A stretch of 64,000 nt of DNA from Coleofasciculus chthonoplastes F2-STO-03. Lineage in GTDB: Bacteria; Cyanobacteriota; Cyanobacteriia; Cyanobacteriales; Coleofasciculaceae. Positions 22,672-32,356 of the stretch are shown piece by piece. Position numbers and translations under genes: made by a program. The notes under the pieces are model-generated. The model was not told the DNA's origin, did not search any database, and saw nothing but the letters and a program-made list of their open reading frames with translations. The DNA is taken from contig JAVJWO010000069.1 of assembly GCA_040222015.1 (NCBI GenBank), forward strand, positions 72,746-136,745, in the 5' to 3' direction. Position 1 is the first letter of the stretch; the number at the start of each line of letters is the position of its first letter.

Positions 22672-23949
22672 ATGAAATGCATTCAATGTCAAACTGATAA
22701 TAATCATAAAGACCGCACCGCCAATCAAGGACGGTGTAAAAACTGTGGACATCCCTTTGTCTTTGAACCCACAACTATGGGTCAGACCAAAATAACTGAT
22801 CCATTTTTTGCTAAAGCCATCTCGGATTTATCAGTAAATGGCAGTCTATACTTTACCCCTCAACAATTATACTACCTTATCAACAAGAGAATTAAACGCA
22901 AGATCAACAATGTTGTCCTGCAAATCTTTGCCTGGATTCTGATTGTTATTATTCCTTACATCGGAATCCCGCTCTTAATTTTTGCCTGTTACCAAATCAG
23001 CAATTCTGCCAATACGTCCAGAAGAGTCCGTAATCGCAATGCTAGATATTTACAAATTATTGGTGGATTTTTGCTTCTCTATGGAATTTTATCTCTTTTA
23101 TTCTCTACCGTCGATGGTAGTGGAGGTAACTGGCTGATTTTTTGCCAATTTGCGATAACTATTATTGTCGGTATGTTATCGTTCTATTTAGGAATTCGTC
23201 AGCTGCGTCGCCAAAGCACATTCTTACAAACCGTTTCGATTACACTGAGTAAATTCCAAAGTTGGTTAGAACGTTGGCAACAAATTAATGGCACAGTTGA
23301 ACAACTTTTACCCTCTCCGAATCAGAAACGTTTACCCACATCCATTAATCCGGATATCACCGCTTATAGTTTTGACCGAGTTGTCGTCTGTGATAGTGCT
23401 ACCATTGCTCAACTGTTAATTGCTAATAATTTTCATTTTGAAAATAACTGTGCCGTTTTAAGTATTACCGGGTATCCCCAAAGCATTTTTTCAACGGTAT
23501 TAGACATGCTCAGACGCAATCCCGAATTAAATGTCTACGCCCTACATAATGCCAGTCCTCATGGTATCACCCTGATTCATAACCTGCAAACAAGTTCCAA
23601 TTGGTTTGCTGATAGTACCGTCACCATTTATGATTTAGGATTACTTCCCCGTCATGTCTTAAATAGTCGCAATCTTTTTATTGAATCCTCCCCAGAATCA
23701 GCAAAACAGGCGAGACAATTAGGGGTAGAGATACGGCAAGAGTTATCGGCTGAGGAACTAGCATGGTTAGAATCCGGTAATTTTGTCGAGTTGGAATCAT
23801 TTACACCGCAACGGCTATTACAGATAGTGACTCAAGGAATTAACCGGAGTCAAATTAGCACAGGGGGGAGAGATTCAGTATTTATAGATGTTGATAGTGA
23901 TAGTAGTAGTAGCGGTGTTTATTTGGTTGCATCCGATAGTTTTGGTTAA
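22672..23949 (+). CDS. Hypothetical: N-terminal Zn ribbon, 3-4 TM helices, C-terminal TOPRIM-like domain
   Basis: CxxC...CxxC; hydrophobic helices; VVVCD, GYP, ALHNASPHG, VELE. Confidence 0.65.
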   Translation: MKCIQCQTDNNHKDRTANQGRCKNCGHPFVFEPTTMGQTKITDPFFAKAISDLSVNGSLYFTPQQLYYLINKRIKRKINNVVLQIFAWILIVIIPYIGIPLLIFACYQISNSANTSRRVRNRNARYLQIIGGFLLLYGILSLLFSTVDGSGGNWLIFCQFAITIIVGMLSFYLGIRQLRRQSTFLQTVSITLSKFQSWLERWQQINGTVEQLLPSPNQKRLPTSINPDITAYSFDRVVVCDSATIAQLLIANNFHFENNCAVLSITGYPQSIFSTVLDMLRRNPELNVYALHNASPHGITLIHNLQTSSNWFADSTVTIYDLGLLPRHVLNSRNLFIESSPESAKQARQLGVEIRQELSAEELAWLESGNFVELESFTPQRLLQIVTQGINRSQISTGGRDSVFIDVDSDSSSSGVYLVASDSFG

Positions 23950-24006
23950 AAAATATCATCAAATTCCCTCTTTTGAAGGGAGAATTATGGTAATCTATCC
24001 CTGCTA

Positions 24007-24516
24007 CTATCCGGGCATATTTTCTTTAAGCTGGGCGATATTTTCGGGGCTTAGAGTAAGTTTGACCTCGATTTGTTGCTGCTTATCACGCAATGTGATA
24101 ATATGATGTTCCTCTTGAGAGTAACTTTCCCATTGCGGATTGGTAATTTCTATTTTCTGATAGATAACTTCCGGAATTCCCACCCGGATGACTAAATTTT
24201 TCTGAGATTGAGGATAAATATAAAGCTGAAGCTGTTGCGGATCAAGTTCAAGTTTCCAGGGCGTGGTGCTGCGTTCTTGATCGGTGTCCACTTTTTGCCA
24301 ATAGAGTGTAATTCCGCGAATTTGGGTATTTTGCAGTTTAAATTCGTCGTCAAACCGCTGCCATTCCCAGTCAATTTCCTGGGCATTTCCACTGGGAGGA
24401 ATTAGTCGCTGTCGCCATGCAATTTTACGGTTGTTTAGCGCTGTCCAAAATTTACTGGTTTTGGTGAGATTTGCGCCATTTTCAGGATTGTCACTATTTT
24501 GTTGCCAAATAATCAT
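24007..24516 (-). CDS. Hypothetical protein
   Basis: 169-aa ORF co-oriented with the upstream regulator. Confidence 0.65.
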   Translation of the reverse strand: MIIWQQNSDNPENGANLTKTSKFWTALNNRKIAWRQRLIPPSGNAQEIDWEWQRFDDEFKLQNTQIRGITLYWQKVDTDQERSTTPWKLELDPQQLQLYIYPQSQKNLVIRVGIPEVIYQKIEITNPQWESYSQEEHHIITLRDKQQQIEVKLTLSPENIAQLKENMPG

Positions 24517-24549
24517 TGTTTAGGGAATGGGGAACAGGGAATGGGGAAT

Positions 24550-24975
24550 TTAGGATTCATTATTTAGATCAGGTTCATCTAGATGTTCGGCGACGGATTG
24601 ATACAAGTCGAGAACGTGCTGATCTTGAAGATGATAATAGACCTTGCGACCGCGTTTATGATACCGTACTAATCGCATGGCTCGTAGGGTGCGTAATTGA
24701 TGGGAGACGGCGGATTCGCTCATATCCAGCGCGGCGGCGATGTCACATACGCAGAGTTCTGCGATCGCGAGTAGGGAGATGATCCTCAGTCGATTTGCAT
24801 CACCCAGGGAACTGAACAATTCTGCCATGCGTTGGGCTTTTTCGGTGTTCAGCATTTTTGGCTGCAATGAACCAATCCGCTGGCTTTCTACACGATGGGG
24901 CGGATGGCAATGAGGTGTGTCTGTGTCTGGATTAGCAGAAACATTTGCCTCTTGCGTGGATAATCGGATTGGCAT
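24550..24975 (-). CDS. ArsR/SmtB family metal-sensing repressor (SmtB/ZiaR-like)
   Basis: ELCVCD, SESAVSHQLR.LR, alpha5 DxH...H..E. Confidence 0.92.
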   Translation of the reverse strand: MPIRLSTQEANVSANPDTDTPHCHPPHRVESQRIGSLQPKMLNTEKAQRMAELFSSLGDANRLRIISLLAIAELCVCDIAAALDMSESAVSHQLRTLRAMRLVRYHKRGRKVYYHLQDQHVLDLYQSVAEHLDEPDLNNES

Positions 24976-25187
24976 TGAGTTACTATCCCTTGGCAGTGGA
25001 ATGGTCTGACTTTATAGTAGCGAACTCAGGGGGTGTCGGGTGGGGGATGGGGAAGTTCACTCACGCGCCATGCCCGACAAGCGTTGCGACGGGTCAAAAC
25101 TCCTGCCATCCATAACTCGTGGTTCAAGCTAAAATGCAGCAAATGTTCATCTGTTTTCGATGTTAACTCTGTTAGGGAAGGAATATT

Positions 25188-26246
25188 ATGGGTGATTTAG
25201 GACAATTGCCTGTCGGCATTATTGGCGCTTCTGGCTATGGAGGCGTGCAATTGATACGCCTATTGATGGATCACCCAGGCGTTGAGGTGGTTTATTTAGG
25301 AGGAAGTAGTAGTGCGGGGAAGCCGTTTTCTGAACTGTATCCTCATTTGGGTCATTGTGTGAATTTGACCATAGAGGAGATTGATTTAGATAAAATTGCT
25401 AGCCGTTGTCAGGTGGTGTTTCTCTCGTTACCCAATGGTTTGGCGTATCAGATGGCGCCGCCGTTGTTGGCGAAAGGCTGTAAGGTGATTGATCTTTCGG
25501 CTGATTATCGGTTTAAGAATTTGGATACCTATAAAACCTGGTATGGGGGAGAACGCCATGACCAGGAAACTGTAGCTTCAGCGGTTTATGGCTTACCGGA
25601 ATTATATCGCGATCGCATCGCTGAGGCGAAGTTGGTAGGGTGTCCTGGCTGTTATGTTACCACCAGTCTTTTGGCACTTGCGCCGTTGCTCAAACAAGGG
25701 TTAATTCAGCCCGATACGGCGATTATTGATGCCAAATCAGGTACATCAGGGGCGGGGCGTAAGCCGAAAACCAATCTTTTACTCGCAGAAGCGGATAGTT
25801 CGGTGGCGGCTTATGGAGTGGCGCGTCATCGCCATACGCCGGAAATTGAGCAGATTTGCAGCGATTTGGCGGGTCATGAGGTGATGGTTCAGTTTACCCC
25901 TCATCTGATGCCAATGGTGCGCGGACTTTTAGCAACGGTTTATGCAACATTACGTGACCCCGGATTAGTGCGAGAAGATTTGGCGACGATTTATAATGCA
26001 TTTTACCGCGCTTCTCCTTGTGTGCGCGTCTTACCCAGTGGGACGTATCCGCAAACCAAGTGGGCGTGTGGGACGAATTTGTGTTATATCAGCGTTGAAG
26101 TTGATCCGCGTACTGACCGGGTGATTGTTATGTCAGTTACCGATAACTTGATTAAAGGTCAAGCCGGTCAAGCGATTCAATGTTTGAATCTGATCATGGG
26201 GTGGGATGAAAAGTTGGGATTACCGTTGTTGAGTTTTTATCCGTAG
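25188..26246 (+). CDS. argC: N-acetyl-gamma-glutamyl-phosphate reductase
   Basis: GASGYGG, DLSADYR, YGLPE, PGCY, SG.SGAG, DNL.KGQAGQA. Confidence 0.97.
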   Translation: MGDLGQLPVGIIGASGYGGVQLIRLLMDHPGVEVVYLGGSSSAGKPFSELYPHLGHCVNLTIEEIDLDKIASRCQVVFLSLPNGLAYQMAPPLLAKGCKVIDLSADYRFKNLDTYKTWYGGERHDQETVASAVYGLPELYRDRIAEAKLVGCPGCYVTTSLLALAPLLKQGLIQPDTAIIDAKSGTSGAGRKPKTNLLLAEADSSVAAYGVARHRHTPEIEQICSDLAGHEVMVQFTPHLMPMVRGLLATVYATLRDPGLVREDLATIYNAFYRASPCVRVLPSGTYPQTKWACGTNLCYISVEVDPRTDRVIVMSVTDNLIKGQAGQAIQCLNLIMGWDEKLGLPLLSFYP

Positions 26247-26660
26247 ATCAGGTGATGGGGTGTAGGGGTGTAGGGGTGTAGGGGTGCGGCGGTGCGGGGA
26301 AGATAGGGCGGGTTTTGTACGAATGTTATCATCTCATGGCGAGACGAAAGTCCCTAAACCCGCCCCTACAAACCTGGTTCCCTCGATCGCAGCTAAGGGT
26401 CAACACTCCCCTAATCTCTAGATAGAGATTCGAGAGAATTTTTTTTGCTACAGTAGCGGACACGGGTATTTAGTAGAATCGATCGCCCGCTGCTTAAAAT
26501 CGTTCCAATTAGGGTGTGATATTGGTTTCATGAGGGTGCTAAAAAGCTATATCTCATTTTTTTTGCTTGTTTACGGGGAAGTCCAGATAGAACTAACTCT
26601 GTCTTTGCTCAAACTATTTCCCTTTTTCTCGTTGGATTGAACCAGGCTTAGGTGCTTACC

Positions 26661-28895
26661 ATGAAAAACCCGTTCCGTCAACATTCACCCTCGTCTTCGC
26701 CCACTCCCTCTGAACCGGAGAAGGGTTTGGGTACGTTTGGGGGAGTTTATACGCCGTCCCTGCTGACGATTCTGGGTGTGATCATGTACCTGCGATTTGG
26801 CTGGGTTGTGGGGAATGTGGGGTTGTTTGGCTCGCTGATTATTGTCACCCTGTCTACGGCGATTACATTTCTCACCTCACTGTCAATTTGTGCGATCGCA
26901 ACCGATCGCGTGGTCAAGGCGGGGGGCGCGTATTATATGATTAGCCGTTCTCTGGGGATTGAAACCGGCGGCGCGGTGGGAATTCCGCTGTATTTTGCCC
27001 AGGCGATATCCGTGGCGCTGTATACGATTGGTTTTGCTGAGAGTCTGACGCTGGCGTTTGAGGGATTAGTTCAGCATCAGCGGCTGATAGCGATTGTAAC
27101 GACTATCCTGGTGGCAATTTTGGCGATCGCCTCTGCCCAAATTGCGATTAAGGCACAATACTTTATTATGGCTGCGATCGCGCTGTCTTTAATTTGTTTG
27201 ATTTTTGGTTCCCCCGTTGACCCGAATACTCACATTGAACTGTGGGGGGCGAAACCGCAAAACTCTGAACCCTTTTGGACTGTCTTTGCCGTCTTCTTTC
27301 CCGCCGTTACCGGGATTATGGCGGGGGTGAATATGTCGGGGGATTTACGGAGTCCTAGCCGTTCGATTCCCATTGGTACCTTGGCGGCGGTGGGGACGGG
27401 TTATGTCGTTTATATGGCATTACCGATAATTTTAGCGATGCGGGCGGATGCTCTCACCTTAATCGAAAACCCCTTAATTATGCAGCAAATCTCCCTCTGG
27501 GGTCCTTCGGTATTATTGGGGGTTTGGGGAGCAACCTTATCGAGTGCGATTGGTAGTATTCTGGGTGCGCCCCGGGTAATGCAGGCGTTGGCGCGGGATG
27601 GGATTTTACCTCGGTGGCTGAAGTTTCTGGGAACCGGTTCCGGACCCGAAGATGAACCCCGTATTGCCACGGTGGTTACATTGGGCTTGGTGTTAGTCGC
27701 CGTTGCGTTGGGGGATCTCAATTTAATCGCCCCGGTGTTAAGTATGTTCTTCCTCACCACCTATTTGGTGTTGAATGTGGCGGCGGGAATTGAAAGCTTT
27801 TTACGCTCTCCCTCCTTTCGCCCCTCCTTCCGGGTGCATTGGTCCTTATCTCTGCTGGGGGCAGTCGGCTGTTTGGGGGTGATGTTCTTACTCAACGCCG
27901 TGGCGACAATCATGGCGGCGCTGATTGTATCGAGTGTTTATATTTGGTTAGAACGGCGGGAATTACAAAGTGCTTGGGGGGATGTGCGTCAGGGTGTCTG
28001 GATGGCGTTGGTACGGACGGGAATTAATCGCCTCGACTATACGGCTGATACGAAAAACTGGCGTCCTCATATTCTGGTCTTTTCTGGTGCCCCGACTCGT
28101 CGCTGGCATTTGGTGGAGTTTGCGGCAAATTTAACCCACAAACGCAGTTTATTTACTGTCGCCAGTGTAATTCCCACTGGGTCTCGTGATCCAGCCAAGC
28201 AGTTGGAAATGGAAGCCACGATTCGCGAGTATTTAGAGAAGCGGGGGGTGCAAGGGTTAGCCCGGTTAATTTCTGCCCCTGATCCGTTTATTGGGGCGGA
28301 ACGGTTAGTTGAGGCGTATGGGATTGGTCCATTGGTTCCCAATACGATTCTGTTAGGGGATAGTGAACAAGCCTCTCATCGTGGGAGTTACTGTCAGATG
28401 ATCGCCAACTTGCATCAAGCCCGTCGTAATGTGGTGATTTTACGGGATGTAGAGGAACGGGGATTTGGTCGCCGCAAACGGATTGATGTCTGGTGGGGCG
28501 GGTTACAGGCAAATGGGGGTTTGATGTTAATTTTGGCGTATCTGTTGCGAACGAGTTTGGAATGGCGTAGTGCTGAAATTAACCTTAAATTAGTTGTCGC
28601 CAATAACGCCGCCGCCCAAGCCACGCGGAAGAATGTGGAAAACCTGACTAAACAACTGCGGATTGGAGCGCGATCGCAAGTGATTGAGGCAAAGGGACGC
28701 CCGTTCCCCGAAATCCTGCGTCGGTCTTCCCAAAGTGCCGATTTAGTCTTCTTGGGTATGGCGAAACCGATGGATGATTATACCAGTTATTACGAACGCT
28801 TACAAGATTTAGCTACGGGATTACCGACAACGGTATTTGTGTTAGCCGAACCCGATTTTGCCTTCTCGGAAGTGTTACAGGAAGGAGGGGTGTGA
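26661..28895 (+). CDS. Cation-chloride cotransporter (SLC12/CCC-like, APC superfamily)
   Basis: LGTFGGVY, GGAYYMISRSLG, FFPAVTGIMAG, KNWRP, IDVWW. Confidence 0.9.
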   Translation: MKNPFRQHSPSSSPTPSEPEKGLGTFGGVYTPSLLTILGVIMYLRFGWVVGNVGLFGSLIIVTLSTAITFLTSLSICAIATDRVVKAGGAYYMISRSLGIETGGAVGIPLYFAQAISVALYTIGFAESLTLAFEGLVQHQRLIAIVTTILVAILAIASAQIAIKAQYFIMAAIALSLICLIFGSPVDPNTHIELWGAKPQNSEPFWTVFAVFFPAVTGIMAGVNMSGDLRSPSRSIPIGTLAAVGTGYVVYMALPIILAMRADALTLIENPLIMQQISLWGPSVLLGVWGATLSSAIGSILGAPRVMQALARDGILPRWLKFLGTGSGPEDEPRIATVVTLGLVLVAVALGDLNLIAPVLSMFFLTTYLVLNVAAGIESFLRSPSFRPSFRVHWSLSLLGAVGCLGVMFLLNAVATIMAALIVSSVYIWLERRELQSAWGDVRQGVWMALVRTGINRLDYTADTKNWRPHILVFSGAPTRRWHLVEFAANLTHKRSLFTVASVIPTGSRDPAKQLEMEATIREYLEKRGVQGLARLISAPDPFIGAERLVEAYGIGPLVPNTILLGDSEQASHRGSYCQMIANLHQARRNVVILRDVEERGFGRRKRIDVWWGGLQANGGLMLILAYLLRTSLEWRSAEINLKLVVANNAAAQATRKNVENLTKQLRIGARSQVIEAKGRPFPEILRRSSQSADLVFLGMAKPMDDYTSYYERLQDLATGLPTTVFVLAEPDFAFSEVLQEGGV

Positions 28896-28914
28896 GGCGA
28901 GGGAACTGCTTAAC

Positions 28915-28993
28915 AGGAAACAGGGAACAGGGAATAGGGAACAGGGAATAGGGAACAGGGAATAGGGAACAGGGAATAGGGAACAGGGAATAG
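28915..28993. repeat. Heptamer tract (GGGAACA/GGGAATA)
   Basis: Alternating units; shorter copies near 24522 and 40395. Confidence 0.9.
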
Positions 28994-29019
28994 TTTCAAC
29001 AGCCTCTTATATAACGGAT

Positions 29020-29583
29020 ATGACAACGGTACTGAATTTAGAACCAATTACCACCCTGACACGGGAACAGTTCTTTCAACTGTGTCAGGTGAATCCAGAT
29101 GTACCGCTAGAACGTTCATCAACGGGAGAATTAATTATTGTGACACCTATCGGGGGTGAAGGGGGCAAACGCGAAGCCAATTTGATTATTCAGGTGGGGA
29201 TTTGGAACCAACAAACTCAATTAGGAGTGGTGTTTAGTTCCCAAACAGTCTTTAGTTTACCCGCAGGCGGCGATCGCTCTCCAGATGTCGCTTGGGTAGA
29301 ATTAAGCCGATGGCAAGGATTGAGTCAGGAGGAACGGGAAGGATTTCCACCAATTTGCCCAGATTTCGTGATTGAATTGCGGTCTCGCACGGATCGATTA
29401 AAGCCACTTCAGAACAAAATGCTGGAGTATTTGGCAAGTGGATTGCGGTTGGGTTGGCTGATTAATCGTAAGGATCGACAGGTGGAAATTTATCGCCAGG
29501 GACAAGAGATGGAAGTAGTAAGAATGCCTGTAGTGTTGTCGGGGGAGGATGTTTTGCCCAGATTCACATTAGAGGTAAATTAA
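29020..29583 (+). CDS. Uma2 family protein, close paralogue of 6759-7325
   Basis: Long identical stretches, e.g. QTQLGVVFSSQTVFSLP and CPDFVIELRSRTDRLKPLQ. Confidence 0.92.
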   Translation: MTTVLNLEPITTLTREQFFQLCQVNPDVPLERSSTGELIIVTPIGGEGGKREANLIIQVGIWNQQTQLGVVFSSQTVFSLPAGGDRSPDVAWVELSRWQGLSQEEREGFPPICPDFVIELRSRTDRLKPLQNKMLEYLASGLRLGWLINRKDRQVEIYRQGQEMEVVRMPVVLSGEDVLPRFTLEVN

Positions 29584-29585
29584 GC

Positions 29586-29674
29586 TGTAGAGACGCGCCA
29601 TGGCGCGTCTCTACAGCCATGGCGCGTCTGGAACAATGGTGACGAAAGTCCTAATAGATGTGTCTACTGCTATA
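29586..29674. mobile_element. Right half of MITE-B with REP hairpin
   Basis: Matches 59154-59222 (gtagagacgcgccatggcgcgtctctac...gtcctaa...tgctata). Confidence 0.65.
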
Positions 29675-29756
29675 ACCCCTGACAGTCGCGCCGATATTGC
29701 CAAAATCGGTACACTTAAAGCGTTAACTCTGATACTTCAGTGCTACCCCTAATAAA

Positions 29757-30386
29757 ATGCCACTCGCTAATGCAAATCAAAACAACAATCCCCCCCCAGC
29801 CTTCGCTAATACCGCCTTTGATGTCGTCGCCATCGCCGCATCCGCTGGCGGACTAAAGGCGCTATCTCAAGTTTTATCCCATCTACCGAGTGACTTTCCA
29901 GCAACCGTTCTGGTTTTACAGCATCTTGACCGCAGTCACCGTTCTCTAATGGCAGATATACTCCGCCGACGGATATCTTTGCCGATTAAGCAGACGGAGG
30001 ATGGAGACAAGCTAAGTCCGGGAGAAGTTTATATTGCCCCACCAGATTATCATGTTTTGGTCAACTCTGATGGTACGCTTTCCCTAACGCAGTCACCTAT
30101 TGTCAATTTTGTCCGTCCCTCAGCAGATTTACTGTTTGAGTCGCTGGCAAATAGTTATCAAAATCGGGCAATTGCTGTCATTTTAACCGGGACAGGGAAA
30201 GATGGCACTAAAGGTGTAGAAGCGATCGCGAAAATGGGCGGTATGGTGATTAGCCAAGACCAAGAAACGTCGCAACACTTTGGTATGCCTAGTTCTGCCA
30301 TTGACACCGGGATCGTCAATTTAATTTTACCCTTATCTAAAATTGCTGAAACACTCATCCAACTTGTAAAAGAGGGTAGAGGGTAG
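29757..30386 (+). CDS. cheB: Stand-alone CheB methylesterase domain (no receiver)
   Basis: ASAGG, LQH, RPSADLLF, LTGTGKDG, GMP. Confidence 0.92.
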   Translation: MPLANANQNNNPPPAFANTAFDVVAIAASAGGLKALSQVLSHLPSDFPATVLVLQHLDRSHRSLMADILRRRISLPIKQTEDGDKLSPGEVYIAPPDYHVLVNSDGTLSLTQSPIVNFVRPSADLLFESLANSYQNRAIAVILTGTGKDGTKGVEAIAKMGGMVISQDQETSQHFGMPSSAIDTGIVNLILPLSKIAETLIQLVKEGRG

Positions 30387-30481
30387 AATATTTTAATAGT
30401 TCTGGGATTTGCTTTTAACTTTTTATTTTTAATTTTTGCTTTTATATTAAGTAATAAGTAATAAGTAATATCCAATTACCA

Positions 30482-32353
30482 ATGACAACTGACAAAGAAC
30501 AAGAAGAAACTAGAATTTTTGAATCCCTACTGGAATACCTAAAAGAAACACGCGGCTTTGATTTTACAGGCTACAAACGCTCTACACTAAAGCGGCGGGT
30601 AACCCGGCGAATGCAGTCTCACAATATCGATAATTTTGGCGATTATCTGGACTACCTGGAAGTTAATCCGGAAGAATTTGAGCCGCTGTTTAATACAATT
30701 TTAATCAACGTTACCGCATTTTTCCGGGATACCGAAGCCTGGGATCATTTACACCATCAACTCCTGCCGCAACTGTTGCAGCAAAAGGATAAGCAAGAGC
30801 AAATCCGCGTCTGGAGTGCGGGGTGTTCTTCGGGGGAAGAAGCCTATTCTATCGCCATGCTTTTGGTAGAAATAATGGGGTTGGAACAATTTCGCCAGGG
30901 GGTGAAAATTTATGCCACCGATGTCGATGAAGAAGCCTTAAGTCAAGCGCGTTGGGCACGCTATGATTCCAAAGCCTTAGAAAACCTGTCCGAAGAATGG
31001 CGACAGCGCTATTTTGAACAAGTCGGCAATCAGTATGTATTCCGACCTGATATCCGCCGGGCGGTGATTTTTGGTCGGAATGATTTGGTTCAAGATGCGC
31101 CAATTTCCCGACTGGATTTACTGATTTGCCGCAACACGCTGATGTATTTTAATGCGGAAACTCAGAAACGGATTTTGGCACGGTTGAACTTTGCGCTAAA
31201 GGACAACGGCGCTATATTTTTGGGCAAAGCCGAGATGCTGCTAACTAATAGCAATTTGTTTAGACCCTTAAATTTACAGCACCGCCTCTTTACCAAAGTA
31301 CCCAAACCGAAACTAAGCGATCGCCTGCTGATATTCGCCCAAGCTGGGGATGAAGAATCGAGTGAGCGTCTGTCTGAGCGGGTGCGGCTGCGAGAAGCGG
31401 CATTTAATACCTCACCCATTGCCCAAATTATTATCGATGTCAATGGTTACTTAGTCTTGGCAAATATGAGCGCCCGGTCGATGTTTGATATCAAACGGCA
31501 AGATCTGGGCAAACTGTTTCGAGACTTGGAAATTTCCTACCGTCCCCTAGAACTGCGGTCAATCATTGATGATGTCTATCGCGATCGCACGTCGATTACG
31601 ATTAACGATGTGGTGCGGGAGCAGTCCGATAATACTCAGTATTTGGATGTGCAAATTACTCCCTTAAAGGAAAATGGCAATGACGATCAGTTATTGGGAG
31701 TGAGTGTTTCTTTTCATGATATTACTAGCTACAACCAACTGCACAGTAAATATAAAGCATCTGCCCAAGAACTGGAAACGGCAAATGAGGAACTCCAGTC
31801 GAGTAATGAGGAATTAGAAACCACAAACGAAGAACTGCAATCCACCAACGAAGAACTCGAAACCACAAACGAAGAACTGCAATCCACCAACGAAGAACTG
31901 GAGACAATGAATGAAGAACTCGAATCTACCAATGAAGAATTGCGGACGATGAATGATGAGTTGCGCTTGCGGACGGATGAAGTCAACCAAATGAATGCCT
32001 TTTTAAATTCAATTTTAGAAAGCTTCCAAACGGGGGTAATTATTGTAAACCGCGAATTTCATATTATCCGTTGGAATGTATATTCCGAGGAATTCTGGGG
32101 AGTACGCAGTGACGAGGTACAAGACAAATCCCTCCTCAGTTTAGATATTGGCTTACCTGTGGATCAGTTGCGCGAACCAATCCGTAACTGTTTTCAGGGT
32201 GAGGAAAATCATCAGACAATCATGGTGGATGCGATTAATCGCCGAGGTCAATCCATTCAATGTCGGGTTACGTTCCATGGCTTGAAAGGGATAGAAGAAC
32301 AATTACACGGCGCGATTATCTTGGTAGAAGAGGTGAATCAAGGAGATGGGTGA
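30482..32353 (+). CDS. cheR: CheR methyltransferase with PAS domains and NEELQST coiled coil
   Basis: INVTAFFRD, WSAGCSSGEEAYS, CRNTLMYF; 21-nt tandem repeats about 31770-31960. Confidence 0.93.
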   Translation: MTTDKEQEETRIFESLLEYLKETRGFDFTGYKRSTLKRRVTRRMQSHNIDNFGDYLDYLEVNPEEFEPLFNTILINVTAFFRDTEAWDHLHHQLLPQLLQQKDKQEQIRVWSAGCSSGEEAYSIAMLLVEIMGLEQFRQGVKIYATDVDEEALSQARWARYDSKALENLSEEWRQRYFEQVGNQYVFRPDIRRAVIFGRNDLVQDAPISRLDLLICRNTLMYFNAETQKRILARLNFALKDNGAIFLGKAEMLLTNSNLFRPLNLQHRLFTKVPKPKLSDRLLIFAQAGDEESSERLSERVRLREAAFNTSPIAQIIIDVNGYLVLANMSARSMFDIKRQDLGKLFRDLEISYRPLELRSIIDDVYRDRTSITINDVVREQSDNTQYLDVQITPLKENGNDDQLLGVSVSFHDITSYNQLHSKYKASAQELETANEELQSSNEELETTNEELQSTNEELETTNEELQSTNEELETMNEELESTNEELRTMNDELRLRTDEVNQMNAFLNSILESFQTGVIIVNREFHIIRWNVYSEEFWGVRSDEVQDKSLLSLDIGLPVDQLREPIRNCFQGEENHQTIMVDAINRRGQSIQCRVTFHGLKGIEEQLHGAIILVEEVNQGDG

Positions 32354-32356
32354 GGG

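Noticed and set aside
25128..25158. SmtB/ZiaR operator-like sequence (aaatgttcatctgttt) before argC
   Set aside because: Only one half-site matches, and no metal-resistance gene is adjacent
26370..26660. Riboswitch upstream of the cotransporter
   Set aside because: No c-di-AMP or other riboswitch consensus recognisable by eye; an Rfam scan would be decisive
31770..31960. 21-nt tandem repeat in cheR as a DNA element
   Set aside because: Encodes the usual NEELQST/NEELETT coiled coil of this family
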